Assembly: GCA_963704725.1 (NCBI GenBank)
Contig: OY969934.1
Span: forward strand, 1,408,001 to 1,472,000
Origin: an uncultured Actinomycetes bacterium
Lineage (GTDB): Bacteria; Actinomycetota; UBA4738; HRBIN12
Length of the DNA: 64,000 bases
Reading direction: 5' to 3'
The stretch's first letter is position 1. Every line of letters starts with the position of its first letter. A program made the translations under genes and the position numbers. The notes beneath the pieces are model-generated. The model saw only the letters and a program-made list of their open reading frames with translations. It did no database searches and was not told the origin of the DNA. Positions 31,885 to 47,488 of this stretch are shown in pieces.

Positions 31885-31913
31885 AGAGTAGCAGCAGGCT
31901 GTTGCAGGTGCAA
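31885..31913 (-). promoter_or_regulatory. Leaderless promoter of the Fur-family gene with operator-like palindrome in the spacer
   Basis: Minus strand TTGCAC-N17-TACTCT-6nt-GTG/ATG; spacer contains GCAACAG-C-CTGCTGC. Confidence 0.55.
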
Positions 31914-31970
31914 CGAGGCGCCGCCTCCTCGTGCGGGAGCGCGCCACGCGGTCTGCGAGGATAGGCGGCC

Positions 31971-32744
31971 ATGGGAGAGCTGGTGCGGGTCGAGATCGAC
32001 GGCGCGGTCGCCACGATCCGGATCGACCGGCCGCCGGCGAACGCGTTCGCCCGCCCCGTGTCGCTCGAGCTGGGCGAGGCGGCGCGGGCCGTGGCCGCCG
32101 ACGACGCCGTCCGATCGGTCGTGGTGTGGGGCGGCGATCGGATCTTCGGCGCGGGGGCGGACATCAAGGCGATGGTCGGGTACGGACCCGACGAGGCGGC
32201 GACCGACGTGGGTGCGCTCGAGGACGCCTGCCGCGCGCTCGAGGCCGTTCCGAAGCCCGTGATCGCGGCGGTGAACGGGTTCGCGCTCGGTGGAGGCTGC
32301 GAGGTCGCGCTCGCCTGCGACCTCCGCTTCGCGGCCGCCGACGCGCAGCTCGGCCTCCCCGAGATCACGCTCGGGATCATCCCCGGGGCCGGGGGCACGC
32401 AGCGGCTGCCCCGGCTGATCGGTCTGGCCAGGGCGCGCGACCTCATCCTGTCCGGACGGCGGGTCGGGGCGGAGGACGCCCTCGCGATGGGCCTCGTCGA
32501 CCGGGTGTTCGCGGCCCCGGACGTCTATCCGGCCGCGCTCGAGGAGGCCCGGCGGTTCGCCGACGGACCCACCACGGCGTACGCCGCCGCGAAACGGGCC
32601 CTGGCCGCGGCGGGCGAGCTCTCGCTCGCGGCGGGTCTGGGGGTGGAGCGCGAGGTCTTCCTCCCGCTGTTCGCGACGCGGGACCAGAAGGAAGGCATGC
32701 GGGCCTTCCTGGAGAAGCGGGATCCACGGTTCGAGGGGAGGTAG
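31971..32744 (+). CDS. Enoyl-CoA hydratase/isomerase (crotonase)
   Basis: AGADIK, ALGGGCE, PEITLGIIPGAGGTQRL. Confidence 0.93.
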   Translation: MGELVRVEIDGAVATIRIDRPPANAFARPVSLELGEAARAVAADDAVRSVVVWGGDRIFGAGADIKAMVGYGPDEAATDVGALEDACRALEAVPKPVIAAVNGFALGGGCEVALACDLRFAAADAQLGLPEITLGIIPGAGGTQRLPRLIGLARARDLILSGRRVGAEDALAMGLVDRVFAAPDVYPAALEEARRFADGPTTAYAAAKRALAAAGELSLAAGLGVEREVFLPLFATRDQKEGMRAFLEKRDPRFEGR

Positions 32745-32746
32745 GC

Positions 32747-33238
32747 GTGAAGGTCAGGCAGGCGACGCCCGAGGATGTTCCGTCGCTCGTGGCGCTCTTC
32801 CAGGAGCTCGACCGGATGCAGGCCGACTGGCGCGTGTTCACGCCTCGTCCGGGCTTCTACGACGAGGTGGGGTCGCGGTACCGCGAGGCCATGAACAGCG
32901 AGGAGGCCGTGGTCCTGGTGGCCGCCGACGACGACGGCGAGGTCGTGGGGATGGCGTTCGGTGAGACACGGATCCCGTCTCGGTTCTCCGACGAACGGGC
33001 CCTCGAGCTCTCAGCCGTGGTGGTGCGGGCGGGGTATCGAGGGCGCGGCGTGGGGCGCGAGCTGGTGGAGGAGACCGCGCGCTTCGCCGGCGACCGCGGC
33101 ATCGCCTGGATCGAGCTCAAGACGTTCTCGCCCAACCGGGGAGCCATGGAGTTCTGGGAGAACCTGGGGTTCGAGCCCAGGGTGGTCCAGCTCACCACCA
33201 CCACAGGTGACCTGCTCGAACGCCTTTCCGAGGGCTGA
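32747..33238 (+). CDS. GNAT family N-acetyltransferase
   Basis: YRGRGVGREL, NRGAMEFWENLGF. Confidence 0.88.
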   Translation: MKVRQATPEDVPSLVALFQELDRMQADWRVFTPRPGFYDEVGSRYREAMNSEEAVVLVAADDDGEVVGMAFGETRIPSRFSDERALELSAVVVRAGYRGRGVGRELVEETARFAGDRGIAWIELKTFSPNRGAMEFWENLGFEPRVVQLTTTTGDLLERLSEG

Positions 33239-33369
33239 TCCGCGCCCCGCCGGCGGCTGCTCCGGCCTTCGACCGCCCCCTCGGGAACGAACCGGGTCCC
33301 CGGTTGGTTCGAATACCTGACGACCCGCGGCGACCTCGCGGGTCCGTGTGGGGAACCGAGGAGCGTGCG

Positions 33370-33579
33370 ATGGCAGAGTCGGCATACCGCGGAGCCCGCG
33401 TCCGCGAGCTCCCTCGGGCCAACCGAACCTACCCCGGCGGCCGGACGTGCTCGGCCGAGGGCTGCGCCACCAAGCTGTCGATCTACAACAAGTGGGACTA
33501 CTGCTGGCAGCACGAGCCGGTGCACGAGTACATCTCCCGCGGCAAGCGGCGCAGCCGCAAGGAGATGGAGGCGGCGTAG
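33370..33579 (+). CDS. Small basic protein with CxxxxC...CxxH putative Zn site
   Basis: RBS GAGGAG; CSAEGCATKLSIYNKWDYCWQH; good codon usage. Confidence 0.75.
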   Translation: MAESAYRGARVRELPRANRTYPGGRTCSAEGCATKLSIYNKWDYCWQHEPVHEYISRGKRRSRKEMEAA

Positions 33580-33613
33580 CCCACGGTCGCGAGAACGCGA
33601 CCAGGATCGTCCC

Positions 33614-33644
33614 CCGGAAGCCCCCCTCGGCGGGGGGCTTCCGG
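33614..33644. terminator. GC-rich hairpin, probable terminator
   Basis: CCGGAAGCCCCCC-tcggc-GGGGGGCTTCCGG, a 13-bp perfect stem after the stop codon. Confidence 0.6.
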
Positions 33645-33729
33645 CCTAAGGAGAAGGTCTCGTCAAGGATCGGTGCGGCGTTCCCGACAACCTGGGAGAG
33701 ACCGCTCCCCCCGACCGAGCGGGCCGGCC

Positions 33730-33906
33730 ATGCCGCAAGATCTCGACGGTGGACCCGAGATGCGTGAGGCCGAGTGTCCGTTCTGCGAGCAGGTGGTCCT
33801 CGTGTACGAGGAGCCGCCGCGCTGCCCGTTCTGTGCGTGCCCGCTGGACGAGGACCGGATGCGCACCTACATCTGGCCCGACGAGGAGCCCTCGCCCTCG
33901 GAGTGA
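33730..33906 (+). CDS. Small acidic zinc-ribbon protein (2x CPFC)
   Basis: CPFC-x12-CPFC; high GC3. Confidence 0.65.
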   Translation: MPQDLDGGPEMREAECPFCEQVVLVYEEPPRCPFCACPLDEDRMRTYIWPDEEPSPSE

Positions 33907-34121
33907 TCGCCGGCCAGTACCGCCTGGGCGATCGCCTTCGCCTCCGGCAATCGCTCCCGATCGACGAACAGCCGGACGCCGTGCTCCCAGATCTGGCTGA
34001 GGAACCCCGGCGCCTTGTACCACCACACGATCCCCGCGGCCTCGAGGCGGGCCGCGATGGCCTCGGCGTGCTCGTGCGTGTACTGCCCGAGGTGCACGGT
34101 GTGCACGTCCCGGTCCGTCAT
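33867..34121 (-). CDS. Small hypothetical protein (DUF2007-like)
   Basis: AEAIAARLEAAGI..GVRLFVD; ATGA overlap with the pabB stop. Confidence 0.65.
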   Translation of the reverse strand: MTDRDVHTVHLGQYTHEHAEAIAARLEAAGIVWWYKAPGFLSQIWEHGVRLFVDRERLPEAKAIAQAVLAGDHSEGEGSSSGQM

Positions 34122-35893
34122 GGCACCAGGATGCCGGGACGCCATCCTCGGATCGAGCTGACCAGGGCGACCTCCTCCGCTCCTTCGAGCTCGGCGATCG
34201 TCACCGGGCGCTCGGCGAGCGCGCCCTCCCGGACCAGCGCCGTTCGGTAGGAGCCCGGGAGGAGTCCCGCGTCGAGCGGCGGCGTGACCCATCGTCCCCC
34301 GATCCGAACGGCCAGGTTCGCGATCGTCGACTCGGTCGCCTCGCCGCGGGCGTTCACGAGGATCACGTCGTCGACGTCCGGCCGGCGCTCGCGCCGCCGG
34401 TCGTATGGGGCGCGCCTCGTGGTCTTGTGGAACAGCCAGACGTCGCGGGGGTCGACCGGATCGTCGTCCAGGGCCAGACGGAGGGGACGGTCTGTGGCCT
34501 TCGGGAGCTCGGCGAGCTCCACGGCGATCCGGCCCTCCCGGCCCAGCGTGAGCCGCACGCGGACCGGTCCGCCGCCCCCGTCGGCCACCGCCCCCTTCAT
34601 CGCGGCCACGGCAGCCTCCGGGTCGAAGCGGAACCCGAAGTACCGGGCGGACGCCTCGAGGCGCTCGAGGTGCTCGGGCAGGTGACGGAACCCCTCCCCC
34701 GGATCGTGGCGGAGGGCCTCGAACAGCTCGAACCGCGGACGCGCCGCCGTCAGCACCCGCGCCTTCGCCCGCACCTCGTCGTGCTCGAGGTCGGCGGACG
34801 AGTCGAACGTGATGCCGCCGCCAACCCCGTACTCCGCCTCCCTCGAGGACGAGTCCACCACTACGGTGCGGATCGCCACGCTGAAGATCGCGCGCGGCTC
34901 GCCGGAGGCGGGCGGCGCGAGGAGGCCGATCGCGCCGCAGTACACACCGCGGGCCGAGTCCTCGAGGTCGCGGATGATCCGCATCGTGCTGACCTTGGGC
35001 GCCCCGGTGACGGAGCCGCTCGGGAACAGGGCGCGGAACATCTCCACGAGCGGGGTGCCCGCGACGAGGTCCGCCGACACCGTCGAGGTGAGCTGCCACA
35101 CGGTCTCGAAGCGCTCGGGCTCGAACATCCCCGTGACCTCGACCGAGCCCGGCCTCGCGACCCGCCCGAGATCGCTGCGGATGAGGTCGACGATCATCGC
35201 GTTCTCGGCGCGGTCCTTCGGCGACGCGACGAGTGCCGCCGCCGCCCGCTCGTCCTCCGCGAGCCAGCGACCGCGCGCGGCCGTTCCCTTCATCGGCCGC
35301 ATGGTGATCCGGTCGCCGTCCACGCGGAAGAAAAGCTCGGGGGACGCCGAGAGCACGCCGAACCGCCCCGCGCCGAGGTGGGCCGCGAACGCGCCCCGCT
35401 GGGCGAGCGCGAGGTCGCGGTACAGACCGCGAGGATCGCCGGCGATCCTGGCGCGGAGCCGGATGGTGTGGTTCACCTGGTACGTCTCGCCGGCCGCCAC
35501 GAGCTCGTGGATCCCGGCGATCGCCTCGTCGTATCCGGCGCGCCCGACCGACGGCTGCCACGCCGACCCGTTCTCCGGCGGCTCGGTCGCGGGTGGCTCG
35601 AGGCCGGCTACGGACTCCCGGCCCTCGAACAGGGCGAACCACGCGAGCGGCAGGTCGTGGAACGGATCCGCGGGCGATCGTTCGCGCACGGTCAGCGCCG
35701 GATCGAGCCCCGGTGCCGCCTCGTAAGCCACGAATCCGGCCACCCACAGGCCGCGCGCCGCCGCGGCCTCGGCCGCGTCGATCAGCCCGGCGACCTCCTG
35801 CGGACGGCGGGCCTCGAGGACGCCCACGGGTCCGACGAGGCGGAACGCCCGCTCCGCGCCCGGGGTGAGGTCGTCGAACCTCGCCTCGATCAT
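34118..35893 (-). CDS. pabB: Aminodeoxychorismate synthase component I fused to ADC lyase (class IV aminotransferase)
   Basis: [29 protein letters not shown]; C-terminal HKTTRR, ESTIAN, LLPG. Confidence 0.9.
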   Translation of the reverse strand: MIEARFDDLTPGAERAFRLVGPVGVLEARRPQEVAGLIDAAEAAAARGLWVAGFVAYEAAPGLDPALTVRERSPADPFHDLPLAWFALFEGRESVAGLEPPATEPPENGSAWQPSVGRAGYDEAIAGIHELVAAGETYQVNHTIRLRARIAGDPRGLYRDLALAQRGAFAAHLGAGRFGVLSASPELFFRVDGDRITMRPMKGTAARGRWLAEDERAAAALVASPKDRAENAMIVDLIRSDLGRVARPGSVEVTGMFEPERFETVWQLTSTVSADLVAGTPLVEMFRALFPSGSVTGAPKVSTMRIIRDLEDSARGVYCGAIGLLAPPASGEPRAIFSVAIRTVVVDSSSREAEYGVGGGITFDSSADLEHDEVRAKARVLTAARPRFELFEALRHDPGEGFRHLPEHLERLEASARYFGFRFDPEAAVAAMKGAVADGGGGPVRVRLTLGREGRIAVELAELPKATDRPLRLALDDDPVDPRDVWLFHKTTRRAPYDRRRERRPDVDDVILVNARGEATESTIANLAVRIGGRWVTPPLDAGLLPGSYRTALVREGALAERPVTIAELEGAEEVALVSSIRGWRPGILVP

Positions 35894-35915
35894 CGGTCCT
35901 CCGTGGGAGCGCGCG

Positions 35916-36875
35916 TCAGCCGGTGCGGCCGCGGATCTCCTCGATGAGCTGCGGCACGACGACGAGGGCGTCGCCGACGATGCCGAGGTCGGCCATCCGG
36001 AAGATCGGGGCGTCCGGGTCCTTGTTGATGGCGACGATCCGCTTCGAGGACTTCATCCCCACCACGTGTTGGGTCGCGCCGCTGATGCCCACGGCGATGT
36101 ACACCTCGGGGCGGACCGACTTGCCGGTCTGCCCGATCTGGTAGCTGTACGGAACCCACCCGGCGTCGACCACGGCCCGGCTCCCACCCACGGCAGCCCC
36201 GCCGATCGCCGCGGCGAGCCGGTCCAGCAGCGCGAAGTTCGCCGGCTCCTGCAGCCCGCGGCCCCCGGCGATCACGACCTTGGCCTCCTCGAGCTTCGGC
36301 CCGGCCGCGGCCTCCTCGTGACGCTCGACCCGCCGGGCCGCACGGAGGTCGGGGGGGATCTCGACGTGGACCGGCACGAGGGTGGCGGCGCCGCCCACGC
36401 GCTCGGCCGGGAACGACTTGGGCCGGACCAGCACCAGCGTCGGCGCGGGCCCCTCGAGGGCCACGTCGACGATCCGGCTGCCGCCGAAGATCTGGGTCTG
36501 GGCCTGCGCCGGGCCGGACAGATCTGTGGCGTTGCTCATCAGCGCGCAGCCGAGCCGGGCCTGGAGGCGGCCGGCCACGTCGCGCCCGTCGTGGCTGGTG
36601 GAGAAGAGGATCACGTCGGGGCCGTGCTCGCGCGCGAGCGCCTCGAGCGCGTGGGCCTGGGGCCGGCCCAGTCCCTCGTCGTACGCGGGATCCTCGCTGG
36701 CGTAGACGGTCCCCGCTCCGTGGGCGCCGAGCTCGTCCGCGGCGCCCGTCGCCCCGGGGCCGAGGGCCACCGCGGCCACGACGTCGGCGAACGCGCGGGC
36801 CTTCGTCAGGAGCTCGAGCGCGGACGTCCTCGGCCCGCCGGTCCCGATCTCCGCGTAGACCCAGGCGGTCGTCAC
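35916..36875 (-). CDS. etfA: Electron transfer flavoprotein alpha subunit
   Basis: [32 protein letters not shown]. Confidence 0.95.
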   Translation of the reverse strand: MTTAWVYAEIGTGGPRTSALELLTKARAFADVVAAVALGPGATGAADELGAHGAGTVYASEDPAYDEGLGRPQAHALEALAREHGPDVILFSTSHDGRDVAGRLQARLGCALMSNATDLSGPAQAQTQIFGGSRIVDVALEGPAPTLVLVRPKSFPAERVGGAATLVPVHVEIPPDLRAARRVERHEEAAAGPKLEEAKVVIAGGRGLQEPANFALLDRLAAAIGGAAVGGSRAVVDAGWVPYSYQIGQTGKSVRPEVYIAVGISGATQHVVGMKSSKRIVAINKDPDAPIFRMADLGIVGDALVVVPQLIEEIRGRTG

Positions 36876-36876
36876 G

Positions 36877-37644
36877 TCAGATCACCTTCGCCTCGGCCAG
36901 GACGTCGGCCAGGCGCCGCACGGCGTCGACGCCGGCGGGCAGGATCTCCCCGGCGCCCTTCTCGGGCGCCCGCGCCGCGCCGGTCACCCGCTGCGTGGGC
37001 GAGACGTCGGCGGGCGTCAGCCCGAGGTCGGCCAGCGCGAGCTGCTCGAGGGGCTTCGTCTTGGCCGACATGATTCCCTTCAGGGTGGGGTACCGGGGCT
37101 CGGCGGCGCTCCCCGTGACGGTGGCGAGCGCCGGGAGCGGGCATTCCACGACGTCGTACCCCTCCTCGGTGAGGCGCTCGATGCGCAGCGTCGTCCCGTC
37201 GAGCTCGAGCCTCCGCGCGAACGTCGCGCTCGGCACGCCGAGGAGCTCGGCCACCGTCATGGGGAGCGTGCCCGTCGAGCCGTCGGTGGACTCGGCGCCG
37301 GCGAGGACGAGGTCGAACGACCTCCGCCCGACCGCCGCGGCCAGCACCCGCGCGGTGGCGAGGGCGTCGGCGCCGCGAAGCACGGCGTCGGACACGAGGA
37401 CGCCACCGTGCGCGCCCATCGACAGGCCCCGCCGGATGGCCGAGGCCGCGACCTCCGGGCCCATCGAGACGAGCGTGACCTCGCCGCCGTGCGCCTCGAC
37501 GAGCTGCAGGGCCGCCTCCACCGCGTACTCGTCGCCCGGGTCGAGCCCACCCTCGACGCCTTCGCGGATCAGCAGGAGGTCGTCGCCGAGAGATGGCGTG
37601 CCCTGCGGCTCGGGCACGTACTTGACCAGGACCACGACCTGCAC
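36877..37644 (-). CDS. etfB: Electron transfer flavoprotein beta subunit
   Basis: VLVKYVP, DEYAVEAAL, EPRYPTLKGIMSAK; GTG start inferred. Confidence 0.93.
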   Translation of the reverse strand: MQVVVLVKYVPEPQGTPSLGDDLLLIREGVEGGLDPGDEYAVEAALQLVEAHGGEVTLVSMGPEVAASAIRRGLSMGAHGGVLVSDAVLRGADALATARVLAAAVGRRSFDLVLAGAESTDGSTGTLPMTVAELLGVPSATFARRLELDGTTLRIERLTEEGYDVVECPLPALATVTGSAAEPRYPTLKGIMSAKTKPLEQLALADLGLTPADVSPTQRVTGAARAPEKGAGEILPAGVDAVRRLADVLAEAKVI

Positions 37645-37743
37645 CGGCTCGACCCTCGCTCCCGACGACTGCGGCGAGGATACCCGCCGGGTGCGCTCCG
37701 CGGCCGCCCGGTGGGTCGTCCGGCGTGCCGTAGCATCGTCGCG

Positions 37744-38817
37744 ATGTCCGGACCCGGATCCGTGCTCGTCGCGATGTCCGGCGGGGTCGACTCGTCGGTC
37801 GCCGCGTGCCTGCTCCTCGAGCAGGGCTACGACGTCGTGGGCTCCCACATGCGGCTCGTGCACCTCGAGGGCGTCGAGCACGGGTGCTGCGGCCCCGCCG
37901 CGCGCGCCGACGCGGAGGTCGTCGCCCGGATCGCGGGGATCCCCTTCGAGATCGCCGACATGACCGTGGAGTTCGACGCGGCGGTGATCAACGACTTCGT
38001 GGCCGAGCACGAGGCGGGACGAACGCCGAACCCCTGCGCGCGGTGCAACGCCGAGATCAAGTTCGGCGCGTTCCTGCGGCGAGCAGAGGAGCTCGGCGTC
38101 GACTTCGTGGCTACGGGCCACTACGTCCGGAGCTCACGCGACGAACACGGCGCCCGGCACCTGCTTCGGGGCGTGGACGCGAGCAAGGACCAGTCGTACA
38201 TGCTCCACATGCTCGGCCAGCGCGAGCTGGCCCGGTCGCTGTTCCCGCTGGGAGCCCTGGCGAAGGCCGAGACGCGAGCGCTCGCCGAGCGGTTCGCCCT
38301 TCCCGTGGCCGCGAAGCCCGACTCGCAGGAGCTGTGCTTCGCGCCGAGCGGGGACGCCGGGGCGTTCCTCCGCGGGATCGCCCCCCACCTGATGCGCGAG
38401 GGCGAGATCGTCGATCCGGACGGGCGCGTGCTCGCGACGCATCCCGGCGCCGCCGCGTTCACCGTGGGGCAGCGCCGGGGGCTCGGCGTTTCGGCGCCCG
38501 AGCCCCGGTACGTCCTCGAGGTGGACGCGGCTGCGAACCGAGTGGTCGTTGGGCCCGGCGAGCTGCTGGCGCGTCGCGGGCTGGTGGCCGACCGCGCCCA
38601 CTGGGTCTCGGGCGAGCCGCCCGCCGGGCCGTTCGAGGCGGAGGTTCGCCTTCGGTATCGGGGGGACGACGTCCCCGCCGTGGTCGAGGCCAGGGGCGAG
38701 CGCCTCCGCGTCGAGCTCCGGACCCCGCAGCGCGGCGTCGCCCCCGGACAGAGCGTGGTCGTCTACCGGGGCGACGAGATGCTCGGCGGCGCCCGCATCG
38801 TCGAGTCGATCCGCTGA
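37744..38817 (+). CDS. mnmA: tRNA 2-thiouridine(34) synthase
   Basis: AMSGGVDSS, TPNPCARCN, ATGHY, KDQSY, DSQELCF, PGQ. Confidence 0.97.
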   Translation: MSGPGSVLVAMSGGVDSSVAACLLLEQGYDVVGSHMRLVHLEGVEHGCCGPAARADAEVVARIAGIPFEIADMTVEFDAAVINDFVAEHEAGRTPNPCARCNAEIKFGAFLRRAEELGVDFVATGHYVRSSRDEHGARHLLRGVDASKDQSYMLHMLGQRELARSLFPLGALAKAETRALAERFALPVAAKPDSQELCFAPSGDAGAFLRGIAPHLMREGEIVDPDGRVLATHPGAAAFTVGQRRGLGVSAPEPRYVLEVDAAANRVVVGPGELLARRGLVADRAHWVSGEPPAGPFEAEVRLRYRGDDVPAVVEARGERLRVELRTPQRGVAPGQSVVVYRGDEMLGGARIVESIR

Positions 38818-38935
38818 CGCCGCCGGGTTGCGGCGGCCGAGCGGGGCCGCCTACGCTCCCCGTCCGCGGCGCCCGAGCCGGGCTCCCGGGGAGGGTCTCG
38901 GGGCAAGGCTAGTATCAGGCTCCGGGAACGGGTGA

Positions 38936-43661
<4,726 letters not shown>

Positions 43662-43665
<4 letters not shown>

Positions 43666-45188
43666 GCGAGGTGCGCGCCTCCGACCGCGAGATCGTCGCC
43701 GTCCGGAACCTGCTGCGATCGATGTCCTCGGGACGCCAGGCGTTCGCGCTCTACCCGGCCGGGCACCCCAAGCGGGTAGAGGCGTCTCGGGCGTTGCTCG
43801 ACCTCGTCCGCAAGCTCCGCGAGGAGCGCGCCGGGGACCCCGTCCTGTTCGCGACCGACGGCAACTTCTACCTCGGGCCGACGCTGCTGGCGTGGGAGAC
43901 CCTCACGCTGTACGGGCTCGCCCACGCCTTCGCCGAGGCCGGCGTCCAATCGCTCGAGTTCCTGCCGGGTCCCGGCGAGGCCGACATGGACGCCCTGTTC
44001 CGGCTCCTGTCCGGGGAGCCGGACGCGCGGGCGGAGCTGCACACGGTGAGCGTGAACCGGGCGGGTCCCGCGGCGGCCGAGCCCTCCGTCGAGGCCACGA
44101 TGACGGAGTTGCTGCAGAGCTACGCGGCCGGCCTGGACCTGCTGCGGCAGACGGCGGCCCGGGTGCTCGCCGGGCGCCCGGCCGACATGGACGCGACGGT
44201 CCGCTTGACCGAGCACATCGCCGACCTCATCGCCTCCGATCCCGGACAGGCCCTGCTGCTGACGACGGTGAAGTCGTACGACGAGTACACGTACCACCAC
44301 ATGGTCAACGTGTGCATCCTCTCGCTGGCCCTGGCCCGGGCCATCGGGCTCTCGCGCGAGCACGCGATCGCGCTCGGCATCGGCGGGCTGCTGCACGACG
44401 TCGGCAAGGTCAAGGTCCCGGCCGACATCCTCCAGCACGACGGCGCGCTGGACGAGGAGCAGTGGCGGATCATCCAGCGCCATCCGGTCGACGGCGCCGG
44501 ACTGGTGCTGATCACCAGCCGCAACGCCTACCACCCGGCGGTTGCCACCGTGCTCGAGCACCACGCTGCGTACGACGGCTCGGGGTATCCGACCCTGTCG
44601 GGACGGCGCTCGCCGTCGCTGCCCGCGCGGATCGTCGCCGTGGCCGACTGCTTCGACGCCGTGACGAGCAAGCGCTCCTACCGTAAGCCGGAGGAGCGCC
44701 GCCAGGCGCTCAGCCTGCTGCAGGCCGGCGCGGGGCGGTCGTTCGACCCGCGGGTGGTCCGCACGTTCGTCCGGATGGTGGGGATCTTCCCGGTCGGGTC
44801 GCTCGTCCGCCTGTCGAGCGGCGAGGTGGCGGTCGTGGTGCGCAACCACGAGCGTCTCCTGGCCCGGCCCATCGTCCAGCTCGTGCTGGACCGGGAGGGC
44901 CGCGAGGTCCGGGGCGAAGAGGCCGACCTCGCCGAGACGAACGAGGCCGGCGCGTTCCTTCGGACCGTGATCCGCAGCGTCGATCCCGTCGAGGTCGGCA
45001 TCGACATGCTCTCCCTCCTCGCGTCGAACCGCTTCGACATCCCGCCGCCGGAGGACACCGGGCCGGGGCTGGTCCACGAGCCGGCGCCGACCGAGACCCC
45101 GCCCGACGGCTACGTCGAGGCCCACGGGGTCGCGCACCTCGACGACCTGCCGATCGATCCCGACGCGGGCCCGGCGCCACAGGAGTGA
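43662..45188 (+). CDS. HD-GYP domain protein (putative cyclic dinucleotide phosphodiesterase)
   Basis: DEYTYHH, LHDVGK, HP..G, HH..DGSGYP, ADCFDAVTSKRSYR, FDP. Confidence 0.9.
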
Positions 45189-45207
45189 GCCACTAGACTG
45201 ACCGGCC

Positions 45208-45498
45208 ATGCCGGTCGAGATCGACATCGAGCACGTCGCGAAGCTGGCGCGCCTGGAGTTGACCCCCGAGGAGCGCTCGAGGCTGCACGACCAGCTCGGC
45301 GCGATCCTGGAGCATGCCGCGAAGGTCGGCGAGGTGGCGGCGGACGACGTCCCGCCCACCGCCTACGCCATCCCCCGCGTGAACGTCCTGCGGCCCGACG
45401 AGCGCGCGGAGTCGTTGTCGCTCGCCGACGTCCTCGCGAACGCGCCCGAGCCCGAGGACGACCGGTTCAGGGTGCCGCGGATCGTGGAGGTCGAGTGA
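45208..45498 (+). CDS. gatC: Asp/Glu-tRNA amidotransferase subunit C
   Basis: [21 protein letters not shown]. Confidence 0.95.
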   Translation: MPVEIDIEHVAKLARLELTPEERSRLHDQLGAILEHAAKVGEVAADDVPPTAYAIPRVNVLRPDERAESLSLADVLANAPEPEDDRFRVPRIVEVE

Positions 45499-46967
45499 CC
45501 GAGCTCTGCGATCGCACGGCGACCGAGCTCATCGTCGGGCTCGACGCGGGTGAGATCTCGAGCGCGGAGATCACCGCGTCGTGCCTGGCTCGGATCGACG
45601 CCGTCGACGAGCGCGTGCACGCGTTCCTGGCGCGGACCGACGATCTGGCCCGGGAGCAGGCGGCGGCGGCGGACTCGCGGCGCTCGACGGGCTCGACGCC
45701 GCCGGTCACGGGGATCCCGATCGCGCTCAAGGACGTGCTGTCGACCCGCGGCGTCCGGACGACGTGCGGGTCGAAGATCCTCGAGAGCTACGTGCCGCCC
45801 TACGACTGCACGGCGTGGGACCGGCTGCGGGCGGACGGCGTGGTGCTGCTCGGCAAGACCAACTGCGACGAGTTCGCGATGGGCTCCTCGAACGAGAACT
45901 CCGCGTTCGGCCCGGTGCACAACCCGTGGGACTTCGACACCGTGCCGGGCGGCTCGAGCGGCGGGAGCGCCGCGGCCGTCGCCGCCGGCGAGGCCGTGTG
46001 GGCCCTGGGAACCGACACCGGCGGATCGGTGCGGCAGCCGGCGTCGCTGTGCGGCGTCGTCGGGCTCAAGCCCACGTACGGGCTCATCAGCCGGTACGGG
46101 CTCATCGCGTTCGCCTCGTCGCTCGACACCGTCGGCACGTTCACCCGGTGCGTCCGCGACGCCGCCCTGCTGCTCTCACGGATCGCCGGCAAGGACCCCA
46201 TGGACGCGACGAGCCTGGAAACGCCGCGGCGCGACTACGCGGAGGCGATCGACGCGGGGGTCGCGGGACTGCGGTTCGGCATCGTGCGCGAGGCGTTCGG
46301 CGAGGGAGTGGAGCCCGGGGTCCGTTCGAGCGTGCGGGCGGCGATCGACCGGCTGTCGGGTCTCGGGGCGTCCGTGGGCGAGGTGTCGCTCCCGCACGTC
46401 GACTACGCGCTCTCCGCCTACTACCTGATCGCGCCGTCCGAGGCTTCGTCCAACCTTGCCCGCTACGACGGGGTGCGGTACGGGCTCCGCGTCCCGGGCG
46501 GCGATTCGGTCGAGATGATGACGAGGACGCGAGGCGCCGGGTTCGGTCCCGAGGTGAAGCGCCGGATCATGCTCGGCACGTACGCGCTGTCGGCCGGGTA
46601 CTACGAGGCGTACTACGGCCAGGCCCAGAAGGTCCGCACGCTGATCATCCGCGACTACGAGTCCGCGTTCGCCGAGTTCGACGTGCTCGTCTCGCCGACG
46701 TCGCCGACCACCGCGTTCCCCATCGGTGCGAAGATCGACGACCCGCTCGCGATGTACCTGAACGACGTCTTCACGATCCCGGCCAACCTGTCGGGGATGC
46801 CGTCGATGTCCATCCCCAGCGGCCTGGACTTGCGGGGCCTCCCCGTAGGGTTGCAGCTCACGGCGCCGGTGCTCCAGGAGGATCGGCTGCTGCGCGCGGC
46901 CTTCGCGCTCGAGCAGGCGATCGGGTTCGACGCGCGGCCCCCGCTCGTGGTCGACGCCGCGGCCTAG
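45495..46967 (+). CDS. gatA: Asp/Glu-tRNA amidotransferase subunit A
   Basis: Amidase signature [37 protein letters not shown]. Confidence 0.97.
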   Translation: MTELCDRTATELIVGLDAGEISSAEITASCLARIDAVDERVHAFLARTDDLAREQAAAADSRRSTGSTPPVTGIPIALKDVLSTRGVRTTCGSKILESYVPPYDCTAWDRLRADGVVLLGKTNCDEFAMGSSNENSAFGPVHNPWDFDTVPGGSSGGSAAAVAAGEAVWALGTDTGGSVRQPASLCGVVGLKPTYGLISRYGLIAFASSLDTVGTFTRCVRDAALLLSRIAGKDPMDATSLETPRRDYAEAIDAGVAGLRFGIVREAFGEGVEPGVRSSVRAAIDRLSGLGASVGEVSLPHVDYALSAYYLIAPSEASSNLARYDGVRYGLRVPGGDSVEMMTRTRGAGFGPEVKRRIMLGTYALSAGYYEAYYGQAQKVRTLIIRDYESAFAEFDVLVSPTSPTTAFPIGAKIDDPLAMYLNDVFTIPANLSGMPSMSIPSGLDLRGLPVGLQLTAPVLQEDRLLRAAFALEQAIGFDARPPLVVDAAA

Positions 46968-46969
46968 CC

Positions 46970-47449
46970 TCACTCCGAGCGGGGCACCTCGAGCAGCGGG
47001 CCGCGAGCTCGCAGAGCGGCCTCGATCTCGTCGAGATGCTCGCCGCGGTGCTCCCAGCGGCCCGCGGAGATCGGGCTGTCGGGGTCGCGAGGGTACATCC
47101 GGTCGAGCGGCAGCTCCGCCACGCGCGCGTCGGTCTGCTCGGCGACCTGCAGTGCGAGCTCGGCGGCGTCCCTGGGCTGGATGGCGTGGATCAGCGGACG
47201 GGTCGAGTCGTTGAGCCAGTCCCCCTCGGGCTCGGCGTCTCCCGGCGCCCATGGTTCGCCACGATCGATCTTCTCGGCGAGGACGAGAACGCGGATGTCC
47301 CAATACGCGATGTGTCCGAGAACGCCGGCGACGGTCCAGAACTCGTTCACGGGAGCGGTGAGGGTCTCCTCGTCCAGCCCCTCGACGAGTGCACGCATGC
47401 GCTCTCGCTCGCGGGTGTTCGCATCGACGTGGGAGCGATCGTCAGCCAT
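46970..47449 (-). CDS. DinB/MDMPI superfamily protein
   Basis: WTVAGVLGHIAYWD ... HRGEHLDEI metal-binding His triad. Confidence 0.8.
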   Translation of the reverse strand: MADDRSHVDANTRERERMRALVEGLDEETLTAPVNEFWTVAGVLGHIAYWDIRVLVLAEKIDRGEPWAPGDAEPEGDWLNDSTRPLIHAIQPRDAAELALQVAEQTDARVAELPLDRMYPRDPDSPISAGRWEHRGEHLDEIEAALRARGPLLEVPRSE

Positions 47450-47488
47450 GCACGGATCTTACGCACCACCGCCGACACGCCCACGTCG

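Noticed and set aside
34118-35893. pabB-pabC fusion as a novelty
   Set aside because: This fusion is already known in many bacteria.
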